A stretch of DNA of 64,000 bases, taken from positions 107,476-171,475 of the forward strand of contig CAWJQF010000008.1 of assembly GCA_963844915.1 (NCBI GenBank), given 5' to 3'. How positions within the stretch are numbered: the first letter of the stretch is position 1; each line of letters starts with the position of its first letter. Source of the stretch: an uncultured Acidimicrobiia bacterium (GTDB lineage: Bacteria; Actinomycetota; Acidimicrobiia; Acidimicrobiales; Ilumatobacteraceae). The position numbers were made by a program, and so were the translations under genes. The notes under the pieces were generated by a model. It was not told the DNA's origin. It did not search any database and saw only the letters and a list, made by a program, of their open reading frames with translations. Shown one piece after another: positions 31,210 through 39,640 of this stretch.

Positions 31210-32149
31210 ATGATCACCGTCACTTCCAGTCCACCGATCACCGGTGTCGAGGTGGTCGACGTGGCCAAGTCCTACGGCGCGGTACAGGCGGTCAGAGGCG
31301 TCGATCTCTCCATCGCTCCGGGCGAGACCGTCGCCCTGCTCGGGCCGAACGGCGCCGGCAAGTCCACGACCATCGACATGATGCTCGGGTTGACCCGACC
31401 GGATCGGGGCCACGTCGAACTGTTCGGCAAGTCTCCGAGTGATGCCGTCAGAGCCGGTGCCGTCGGCGTCATGTTGCAGTCCGGCGCCCTGATCCGCGAT
31501 CTCACGGTGCGCGAACTGATCACGATGATCGGCTCGCTCTACCCACATGCGCTCGACATCGACGAGGTGCTCGACCTCACGGGCCTGCACGACGTGGCGG
31601 GACGCCGCACGCAACGGCTCTCCGGCGGGCAGGCGCAGCGCGCTCGCTTCGCCATCGCGCTCGTCTCCAACCCCGAGCTGCTCGTGCTCGACGAACCGAC
31701 CGTGGGCCTCGACGTCGAAGCACGCCAGAGCTTCTGGTCGGTGATGCGAGCCTTCGCCGCCCGCGGCAAGACCGTCATGTTCGCCACGCACTACCTCGAG
31801 GAAGCCGACGCGTACGCCGACCGGATCGTGCTCATGTCCGGCGGGCGAGTCGTCGCCGCAGGCCCGCCGACTGAGATCAAGGCGCGCGTCGGACGGCACA
31901 TCATCCGGGCAACACTCACCGGTGTCGACGTCGACATCTTGGCGAGGCTCCCTGGTGTCGTCCTCGCGGACCGCCACGGCGACACCATCGAGCTGCAGTG
32001 CACGGACTCCGACGCCGCCGTCCGCACCTTGCTGACGACGTATCCCGGCGCGCGTGGACATCGAGATCCGCGGTGCCGGTTTGGAAGAAGCGTTCCTGGA
32101 GCTCACCGCCAACAGCGACCAGCTCGCCGAGCTGGAGGCGTCGCGATGA
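31210..32149 (+). CDS. ABC transporter ATP-binding protein (ABC-2/DrrA-like); frame broken about 90 nt before its stop
   Basis: GPNGAGKSTT, LSGGQAQR, LLVLDEPT, ATH. The conserved tail DIEIRGAGLEEAFLELTANSDQLAELEASR* is in the +1 frame from 32057 and stops at 32147..32149, overlapping the permease ATG (ATGA). Confidence 0.8.
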
Positions 32150-32874
32150 CGACCGCCGTCTACACGCGCTACGAGCTGCTGCGGACGTTCCGTAACGTCC
32201 GCTTCTTCGTCCTCGCCCTCGCCTTCCCGCTGGTGATGTTCCTACTGATCGCCGGGCCGAACCGGAACGAACAGCTCGACGGCATCTCGTTCACCGTCTA
32301 CTACATGACGGGCATGATCAGCTGGGGCGCGATGGCGGCGGTGATCGCCAGCGGGGCGCGCATCGCCGCCGAGCGGTCAGTCCAATGGCACCGCCAACTG
32401 CGCGTCACACCGCTCCCCGTGCGCACGTACTTCAGGGCGAAGCTGGTCAGCGGGTACGCGATGGCCGCCGTGACCATCGTCGTGCTGTACGTGGCAGGGA
32501 TCTCGCTCGGCGTCCGACTGCCGATGTCCGGTTGGTTGTCCATGACCGCTTTGATCCTGATCGGGCTCATCCCCTTCGCCGTGCTCGGGATCCTGATCGG
32601 CCACCTCCTGACCGCGGACTCGATCGGCCCGGCGATCGGAGGCCTGACTGCGCTCTTCGCACTGCTCGGAGGCGCATGGGGTCCGGTGCTCGGCGAAGGA
32701 GTGCTGCGCACCATCTCCAAGGGACTGCCGTCGTACTGGCTCGTCCAAGCCGGCAAGTCGGCCGTCACGGGCGATGGATGGCCGCCGCTGGCGTGGATCG
32801 TCGTTGCGGTTTGGACGGTCGTCCTCACGGTGCTCGCGGTCCGCGTGTATCAGCGCGATACGGCGCGCACCTGA
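32146..32874 (+). CDS. ABC-2 type transporter permease
   Basis: MTTAVYTRYELLRTFRNVRFFVLALAFPLVMFLL..., six TM helices and about 242 aa. Confidence 0.8.
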   Translation: MTTAVYTRYELLRTFRNVRFFVLALAFPLVMFLLIAGPNRNEQLDGISFTVYYMTGMISWGAMAAVIASGARIAAERSVQWHRQLRVTPLPVRTYFRAKLVSGYAMAAVTIVVLYVAGISLGVRLPMSGWLSMTALILIGLIPFAVLGILIGHLLTADSIGPAIGGLTALFALLGGAWGPVLGEGVLRTISKGLPSYWLVQAGKSAVTGDGWPPLAWIVVAVWTVVLTVLAVRVYQRDTART

Positions 32875-32890
32875 CCTCGAGCGACGCCGA

Positions 32891-33577
32891 CTACCCGCCG
32901 TCGACGCGCAGCCGGTAACCGGCGCCGCGCACCGTCTCGATCGCGTCTCGCCCGAACGGCCGGTCGACCTTGTCCCGGAGGTACCGCACGTACACGTCGA
33001 CGACGTTGGACGTCCCGTCGTAGGCGAAGTCCCAGACGTGTTCGAGGATCTCTGTGCGGCTGAGGACCTCGCCCTTGTGGCGCATGAGCAGTTCGAGCAA
33101 CGAGAACTGGCGGGCCGTCAGGGAGATGGTGGCCTGACCACGCGTCACCGACTTGGTCGCGGGATCGAGCCGCAGATCGCCAGCCAGCAGCACCGCCGGC
33201 CGCTCCCCGACCTCGCGGCGCAGCAGCGCCCGCAGCCGGGCGAACAGCTCGGCGAACGAGAACGGCTTGGCGAGGTAGTCGTCGGCGCCGGCATCGAGGC
33301 CGCGGACACGGTCGCCGACCGAGTCGCGGGCCGTGAGCATGATGACCGGCATCCATCGGCCGGACTCACGCAGCTGCCGGCAGACGTCGAAGCCGTCGGG
33401 CGCCGGGATCATCGTGTCGAGCACGATCGCGTCGTACGGAAACTCGCGTCCGGCCCAGATCGCGTCCTCACCGCGCGCCGCCAGGTCCACGGCGTATCCC
33501 TCGCGCTCGAGCCCTCGCTTGAGCAAGGACGCCATCTTCACGTCGTCCTCGACCACCAGCAGGCGCACCGTCGGCAC
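32891..33577 (-). CDS. OmpR/PhoB-family response regulator
   Basis: Receiver domain (LLVVEDD, IVLDTMIP, LAKPF) plus a winged-helix output domain (LTARQFSLLELLMRH..., RGAGYRL). Confidence 0.9.
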   Translation of the reverse strand: MPTVRLLVVEDDVKMASLLKRGLEREGYAVDLAARGEDAIWAGREFPYDAIVLDTMIPAPDGFDVCRQLRESGRWMPVIMLTARDSVGDRVRGLDAGADDYLAKPFSFAELFARLRALLRREVGERPAVLLAGDLRLDPATKSVTRGQATISLTARQFSLLELLMRHKGEVLSRTEILEHVWDFAYDGTSNVVDVYVRYLRDKVDRPFGRDAIETVRGAGYRLRVDGG

Positions 33578-33589
33578 GGTACTGCCGGG

Positions 33590-34030
33590 TCAGGCAGGTC
33601 GCCGGTCCCGCGCGATCAGCCGGCCGACGGCCGACACGAGGTCGTCGAGTGGGAACGGCTTGCCCAGGAACACGTCGGAGCCGGCGCGCTCGGCTGCGGC
33701 GCGGTCGGCCGGGCTGCTCCGCGCGCTCACGACGACGACGCCACCCGTCCAACCGTCGGCGCGCAGGTGTCGGCACACTTCGATGCCGCTGGGGTGCGGC
33801 ATCATGACGTCCAGCACGATGACGTCGGGGTGCTGATCGGCCACTGCCCACAGCGCGTGGTCCCCCGATTCCCCAGTGACGCAGTCATATCCGGCCCGCT
33901 CGAGGCGCCGGACGGCAATGCGCACGAACTTGGGGTCGTCGTCGACGACGAGCACGCGCCGACCAGCGAGACCGCCACCGTCCGTCGAGCCGAGCATGGC
34001 ACCACGATGAACGTCGGCACGTGAGAGCAC
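33590..34030 (-). CDS. single-domain response regulator (receiver only)
   Basis: VLVVDDD, VIVLDVMMP, LGKPF, with no output domain. The start is GTG at 34030 or ATG at 33997. Confidence 0.8.
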   Translation of the reverse strand: MLSRADVHRGAMLGSTDGGGLAGRRVLVVDDDPKFVRIAVRRLERAGYDCVTGESGDHALWAVADQHPDVIVLDVMMPHPSGIEVCRHLRADGWTGGVVVVSARSSPADRAAAERAGSDVFLGKPFPLDDLVSAVGRLIARDRRPA

Positions 34031-34039
34031 GATGAGCGC

Positions 34040-35395
34040 TCACGGTCCAGCCACCGGAACCTCGACCTTGACGCACGCGCCGCCGAGTGGCGGCCCGTTG
34101 CTGGCTCGGACCGTGCCTCCAACGGCGTCGGCCAGCGAGGAGACGATGGCCAGCCCGAGTCCTGCGCCGCCTCCCGATCGGGTGCGTGCACCGTCGCCGC
34201 GACTGAAGCGATCGAAGGCCTGCTCCAACAGCGCAGCCGGGAAGCCCGCCCCGTCATCGGCGACCACCAGCAGCGCCAGCTCGCCGTCACGAGCCGTGGT
34301 GACCACGATGCGGCTCCGCGCGTAGCGCTCGGCGTTGACCACGAGATTCGTGACGATCTGGTGGATCCACGTCGGGTCGCCGCGCACGGTCACCGGCTCC
34401 CCTGACACGTCGATGCGCACGCCGTCGCGATGGGGCAGGCGTCGGAGGCACTCCTCGGCGGCACCGAGCAGCTCCGTCCTCGCCTCGCCGGGATCGAGCT
34501 GGCCGGCGTCGGCACGGGCCAGCGTGAGCAAGTCCTCGGTCAGGCGGGCGAGCCGATCGGTCTCCTCGAGCGCGCTGGCGACACCCTGGGCGACCGCCTC
34601 GGCGTCCTGCGGATCATCGGCCGTCAGCTCGAGCTCTCCACGCAGCACGGCGAGCGGGCTGCGCAGCTCGTGGGCGGCGTCGTCGATGAACGCCCGCTCG
34701 TGGGCGATCGTCGTCTCGATGCGCGCCAGCATGGCGTTGAGGGTCCGACCCAATTCGGCGATCTCGTCGTCACCCGCTGGCTGTGCCAAGCGCCGTCCCG
34801 GCTCAGCCATTGAGATCGTCGCCGCCTCGTTGCTCATCCGCCGTACGGGTCGGAGCGCGGCACCGGTCAGGAACCACGCCGCGGCGCCGATCCCCGCCGC
34901 CAGCACAGGACCAGCGAGGCCGAGCACGATGGTCAGGCGCTCACGCGCCTCGGCCAACGAGGCCGTGCTCGTCGCGACGACGCCGACGACCTCCTCGCCG
35001 CCGGGGCCGCGCATCGGCTGAGCCAGCAACCGGGCGTGCTCACCGACGCCGGCGATGGCCCGGTCGACGATCACCTCCCCACGGGCGGCTCGCGCCAGTT
35101 CGTCGGCCGTCAGTACGGGCGCCAGGCCGGCGGGCGCCAAGACCTGACCGCTCGGGGTCACCACCTGCGCGACGACGGAGCTCGGCGCCGGCGTGATCGG
35201 CTCAGTGTCCAGACTCGCCGCAAGGTCGTCGGCCCTGACGGTCAGCTCGTCGGTGATCGCCCGACTGAGCTCGCCGCTCACGTCCCGGTACAACAGCAAC
35301 GCCCCGATGCTGAGGACGAGCATCGCTCCAGCGGCGGCGAGCAACGCCAGCCGAGTGCGCAGCGAGAGCCGGCGAACGGCGGCCACGTGCGGCAC
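34040..35395 (-). CDS. sensor histidine kinase (2 TM + HAMP + HisKA + HATPase_c)
   Basis: FIDDAAHELRSPLAVL (H box), NLVVNAERY (N box), DDGAGF and GLGLAIV (G boxes). Confidence 0.88.
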   Translation of the reverse strand: MPHVAAVRRLSLRTRLALLAAAGAMLVLSIGALLLYRDVSGELSRAITDELTVRADDLAASLDTEPITPAPSSVVAQVVTPSGQVLAPAGLAPVLTADELARAARGEVIVDRAIAGVGEHARLLAQPMRGPGGEEVVGVVATSTASLAEARERLTIVLGLAGPVLAAGIGAAAWFLTGAALRPVRRMSNEAATISMAEPGRRLAQPAGDDEIAELGRTLNAMLARIETTIAHERAFIDDAAHELRSPLAVLRGELELTADDPQDAEAVAQGVASALEETDRLARLTEDLLTLARADAGQLDPGEARTELLGAAEECLRRLPHRDGVRIDVSGEPVTVRGDPTWIHQIVTNLVVNAERYARSRIVVTTARDGELALLVVADDGAGFPAALLEQAFDRFSRGDGARTRSGGGAGLGLAIVSSLADAVGGTVRASNGPPLGGACVKVEVPVAGP

Positions 35396-35422
35396 GGTAC
35401 CCGTGGCCTGGTGAGGAGAAGG

Positions 35423-35447
35423 TGAGAGCTCTCATCGCTGTCTCATC
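35423..35447. promoter_or_regulatory. palindrome TGAGAGCTCTCA overlapping a direct repeat TCTCATC-N4-TCTCATC (candidate response-regulator site)
   Basis: Read directly in the 101-nt divergent region between the kinase operon and htrA. The two TCTCATC copies start 11 bp apart (35430 and 35441). Confidence 0.35.
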
Positions 35448-35496
35448 TGCGAGAGCGCACCCTGACGGCGACCACATCCCAACGAGGCGAGAAACC

Positions 35497-36664
35497 ATGA
35501 CCGACGTCATCACCCCCCACGTCGACGAGGAATCAAAGCTTCCCCACCCGCCGCCCCCACCGCCGGGGCCACGCGAGGCGCCCCAACGCCCCCCTCGGGG
35601 CGCGGGCCGGTTCATCGCCGGCGTCGCGCTTGGTGCGGTGGTGGGGGCGGTGGTCGCCGGGGCCATCGTCGCCGTTGCGGCCGACGACGATGGCCCGGCA
35701 AACGGGCCGGCCGCCAGCGCCACCGTCCCAGCGCTGGGCGGCCGCTTCGACGCCGAACACGATCAACACCCTGACGACGAAGGCCGAACCGTCGATCGTC
35801 TCGATCCACGACTCGATCGCCCAGACGGACATCTTCGGCAACCAGGTCGAGGGGCAGGCGGCCGGCACCGGGTTCGTGCTGTCCGCCGACGGCTACATCG
35901 TCACCAACGATCACGTCATCGACGGCGCCGACGACATCACGGTCAACTTCAGCGACGGTGATCAGGTCGCCGCCGAGGTCGTCGCCGCAGATCCCGGATC
36001 GGACCTCGCCGTCCTGCACGTCGACCGCGACAACCTCCCGGCCCTTCCGCTGGGCGACTCCGACGCCCTTCAGGTGGGAGACCAGGTGGTGGCGATCGGC
36101 AACGCCCTCGACCTGTCCGGCGGGCCGACGGTCACGACCGGGATCGTGTCCGCCAAGGACCGCACCTTGACCGAGCCCAACGGCGAACACCTCGCCAACC
36201 TCTTGCAGACCGATACCGCGATCAATCCGGGAAACTCCGGCGGCCCGCTGCTCGACCTCCAGGGCAACGTCGTCGGGATCAACACGGCGATCGCCGGGCA
36301 GGCCCAGAACATCGGCTTCGCCATCGCCATCAACCCGGCGCAGGCGATGATCGATCAGCTGCGTGCCGGCAAGGTCCCCGAGCACGCACTGCTCGGCGTG
36401 TCGATCGCACCCGTCGACCAGGTCGGCGAGAGCGGCGCTGCGGTCACCGCCATTGAGGACGGCTCGGCAGCCGCCGCTGCCGGACTCGAGGCGGGGGACG
36501 TCATCACGTCTGTCGACGGTGTCACGATCAACGTCCCCGACGATGTCGGTGCGGCGATCTCCACGCATCAACCGGGCGACAAGGTGCAGGTCACTTACCA
36601 GCGCAACGGCCAAGAGCACACGGTGACGGCAACCCTCTCGGAGCGCGCACCAGCAGACTCATAG
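35497..36664 (+). CDS. htrA: HtrA/DegP-family serine protease with PDZ domain; reading frame broken once after the TM anchor
   Basis: ATG at 35497 (GAGG 9 nt upstream) gives a Pro-rich N-terminus and the TM helix FIAGVALGAVVGAVVAGAIVAVAA in one frame. The protease domain (VTNDHVI, DLAVL, GNSGGPL) and PDZ are in the +1 frame (track ORF 35630..36664). Confidence 0.8.
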
Positions 36665-36733
36665 TCTCCGAGCTCGAGATCTCCAAGAACTCATCACGCC
36701 ACGTCTCAGACTTCCGCTGAGCGGTGCGAGACG

Positions 36734-37966
36734 ATGGCGCCGATGGCCTTGCGCGTCCTGTTCACCACTCAGCCCGGGCTCGGCCACCTCTTCCCCCTCC
36801 TGCCGGTCGCCGACGGATTGCGCTCGCGTGGGCACGAGGTCGCGTTCGCCGCCTCCGCATCGTTCGGTCGTGACGTGGCGGCTGCCGGCCACACTCATTT
36901 CGCCGCTGGCCTCGATTGGACGACAGCGGACATGGCCAGCCACTTTCCCGAGATCGCCTCGGTGGCTCCTGGACCTGAGCGGTATGTGGTTGCGCGGACC
37001 GTCGTGTTCGCCGGACGTACGGCGGTCGACGCCGTGCCCGACCTCCTGGCCGCAACCGAACGGTGGCGTCCCGACCTGATCGTGAACGAAGCGGCGGAAT
37101 ACGGCGGCGCCGTCTGCGCCGAGCTGCACGGGCTGCCGCACGCCGTCGTGCGGACGGACTCCGGCAGCTCGTCGTACGCCGATCGCCACGTCGTCAACGA
37201 CGCGCTCTCCGGGACGCGCCGCCACTTCGGCTTGGCGCCGGATCCCGACGTCGAGACGCCGTTCCGCTACCTGCAACTGTCGTTCGCACCACCCGGACTG
37301 GATGAGCGCCCACAGGATGGGGCCCCGACGTGTCACCGGCTGCGGCCGATCCCAACACGAACGAGCGAGAACAGCACGGGGCCGGCATGGCTCAACGGTG
37401 ACGGCAACCGCGGCGACCGTCCGCTCGTCTACGTCACGCTCGGCACCGTCTACAACTCGCCAACGCTGCTCGCGACGATTCTCGACGGACTCGCCGCCGA
37501 GCCGCTCGATCTCCTCGTGACCATCGGTCCCCGCGCCGACCCCGAACAGTTGGGCCCCCTGCCGTCGAACGTCCGCCTCGCACGATGGGTACCGCAGGAT
37601 GAAGTGCTGCCTCACTGTGACGCCGTCATCACGCACGGGGGTTATGGCACCGTCAGCGCGGCGCTCCGTCACGGGCTCCCGCTCGTCATGCTGCCGATCT
37701 CCGCCGATCAGCCACTCAACGCGCAGCGCGGCAGCGAGCTCGGTGTCAGCACCACGGTCGCCGCCGACGAACGCACGCCAGAGCAGATCCGCACGAAGAC
37801 CATGGACGTGCTCGGCAACCCGACGTACCGGCAAGCCGCGCAGCGCGTCGCCGCCGAGGCGAGCCGGCGACCCGGCCTCGATCACGCGCTTGACCTGCTC
37901 GAGACGTTGGCCCGCGATCGCCATCCGCTCCCGCTCGCGGATTGCCAGCTCTGCGCGTCCGCATGA
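36734..37966 (+). CDS. GT1-family (MGT/UDP-glycosyltransferase-like) glycosyltransferase
   Basis: LFTTQPGLGHLFPLLPVA, and VITHGGYGTVSAALRHGLPLVMLPISADQPLNA (UDPGT-like C-terminal motif). Confidence 0.8.
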   Translation: MAPMALRVLFTTQPGLGHLFPLLPVADGLRSRGHEVAFAASASFGRDVAAAGHTHFAAGLDWTTADMASHFPEIASVAPGPERYVVARTVVFAGRTAVDAVPDLLAATERWRPDLIVNEAAEYGGAVCAELHGLPHAVVRTDSGSSSYADRHVVNDALSGTRRHFGLAPDPDVETPFRYLQLSFAPPGLDERPQDGAPTCHRLRPIPTRTSENSTGPAWLNGDGNRGDRPLVYVTLGTVYNSPTLLATILDGLAAEPLDLLVTIGPRADPEQLGPLPSNVRLARWVPQDEVLPHCDAVITHGGYGTVSAALRHGLPLVMLPISADQPLNAQRGSELGVSTTVAADERTPEQIRTKTMDVLGNPTYRQAAQRVAAEASRRPGLDHALDLLETLARDRHPLPLADCQLCASA

Positions 37967-38014
37967 CGGCGCCAAACGCTCGGATCGACGAGCCGCCGCG
38001 ACGAGACTGGCGCG

Positions 38015-38689
38015 ATGGAGCTGAGCGCCACCGAGGCCCGCGTCCTGGCCTGCCTGGTCGAGAAGGAGGCGGCCGTTCCGGACAGCTATCCACTGACCCT
38101 GAACGCGCTGCGCCTGGCCTGCAACCAGAGCACCAACCGTGACCCGATCGTCGCCTACGACGATCGCACCGTCGACAACGCACTGGTGTCGCTGAAGTCG
38201 ATGGGGCTCGTGCGCTTCATGCATCCCGCGCACGGAGGTCGCACCATTCGCTACCGCCATGTCGCCGACGAGCGCTGGCGACTCTCCCCTGCCGAGCTCG
38301 GCATTCTCTCGGTGCTGATCCTGCGTGGGCCGCAGACGGTCAACGAGATCGGGACGCGAGCCGAGCGTCACCTGGAGGATGGTGACGCCACCGTCGACGA
38401 AGTCCTCGACACGTTGGCGGCCCGCAGCCCAGATCCGTTCGTCGTGCGGGTCGGGCGCCGCCCGGGCGAACGCGAGCCGCGCTGGGCCCAGATCATCTCC
38501 GGCGAAGTTCCCGAAGGGGTCGCCGAGGCCGAGTCGGAGATCGCCGACGCGTCACCGCCACCCGCTTCGCCCGTGCCGTCGGAGCCCCCAGCCCCCAGCT
38601 ACGTCGACCTCGCCCGCGACGTCGCCGAGCTGTGGGCCCGCGTGGAACGCCTCGAACGCCGACTCGGCCTGAGCGAGGACGTCGGCTAG
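38015..38689 (+). CDS. DUF480 (YceH-like) winged-helix protein
   Basis: LSATEARVLACLVEKEAAVPDSYPLTLNAL..ACNQSTNRDPIV is the DUF480 signature. There is a second wHTH repeat and a coiled C-terminus. Confidence 0.8.
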   Translation: MELSATEARVLACLVEKEAAVPDSYPLTLNALRLACNQSTNRDPIVAYDDRTVDNALVSLKSMGLVRFMHPAHGGRTIRYRHVADERWRLSPAELGILSVLILRGPQTVNEIGTRAERHLEDGDATVDEVLDTLAARSPDPFVVRVGRRPGEREPRWAQIISGEVPEGVAEAESEIADASPPPASPVPSEPPAPSYVDLARDVAELWARVERLERRLGLSEDVG

Positions 38690-38711
38690 CGCTGACTCAG
38701 CTAGAGCTGAC

Positions 38712-39131
38712 TCAGCTCGGGCTGTCCTCGGCGCTCTCGGCGGCGGGCACGAGGTCGAGTGCCAGGCTGTTCATGCAGTAGCGCATACCAGTGGGCGCCG
38801 GACCGTCCGGGAAGACGTGGCCGAGGTGCGAACCGCAACGACGGCACCGCACTTCGGTGCGCGCCATGAAATGGCTGCGGTCGTCGACCAGCTCGACGGC
38901 CTCGGCGACCTTCGGCTCGGAGAAGCTCGGCCAGCCCGTACCCGACTCGAACTTCGTCGAGGAGTCGAACAGCTCGGCGCCGCAGGCGGCGCACCGGTAC
39001 GTGCCGTCCTCGTGGCTGTTGACGTACTCGCCGCTCCACGGCCGCTCGGTTCCTGCCTCCCGCAGGACGCGATACCGCTCAGGTGTCAGCAGCTTGCGCC
39101 ATTCCTCATCGGTGCGCTCGATCTCCGGCAT
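38712..39131 (-). CDS. msrB: peptide-methionine (R)-S-oxide reductase
   Basis: YRCAACGAELF, GWPSF and RCRRCGSHLGHVF are the SelR zinc and catalytic motifs. Confidence 0.95.
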   Translation of the reverse strand: MPEIERTDEEWRKLLTPERYRVLREAGTERPWSGEYVNSHEDGTYRCAACGAELFDSSTKFESGTGWPSFSEPKVAEAVELVDDRSHFMARTEVRCRRCGSHLGHVFPDGPAPTGMRYCMNSLALDLVPAAESAEDSPS

Positions 39132-39166
39132 GGTTCCACGGTACCCACCGCAGGCCGCCAGACTCT

Positions 39167-39631
39167 GTGGTTGTGGCGTACTGGTTGCTGAAGAGTGAGC
39201 CGCAGGTGTTCAGCTACGCAGATCTCGTGCGCAGCGGCCGCGAGGGGTGGGACGGCATCCGCAACTACCAAGCTCGCATCTACCTCCGTCAGATGCAGGT
39301 CGGCGAGGACGCGATCTACTACCACTCCAGCGCCGACCCGCCGGGCGCCGCCGGGATCTGCACGATCGTCGGCACTGCGGAGCCCGATCCGACGCAGTTC
39401 GATCCGAGCAGCCGGTACTACGACCCGACGTCGGACCCCGCCGATCCCCGCTGGGACTGGGTCACCGTTGCGCCGAAGCGTGAGCTGCGGTTCGTGCCGC
39501 TGGCCGAGCTGCGAACGATCCCCGAGCTCGCCGACTCGAAGCTGCTGGCCCGTGGCAACCGGCTGTCGGTGCTGCCCTTGACCGACTTCGAGTTCGAAGC
39601 GATCGTCCGCCGCGCCGACGCAGGGACGTGA
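39167..39631 (+). CDS. EVE (PUA-like) domain protein
   Basis: YWLLKSEPQVFSYADL..GWDGIRNYQARIYLRQMQVGD-like..YYHS is the EVE signature. The start is GTG at 39167 or 39173. Confidence 0.8.
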   Translation: MVVAYWLLKSEPQVFSYADLVRSGREGWDGIRNYQARIYLRQMQVGEDAIYYHSSADPPGAAGICTIVGTAEPDPTQFDPSSRYYDPTSDPADPRWDWVTVAPKRELRFVPLAELRTIPELADSKLLARGNRLSVLPLTDFEFEAIVRRADAGT

Positions 39632-39640
39632 TTCTGGCCG

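Noticed and set aside
36659-38371. 570-aa minus-strand ORF
   Set aside because: It is antisense to the GT1 glycosyltransferase and DUF480 genes, and its composition is low-complexity.
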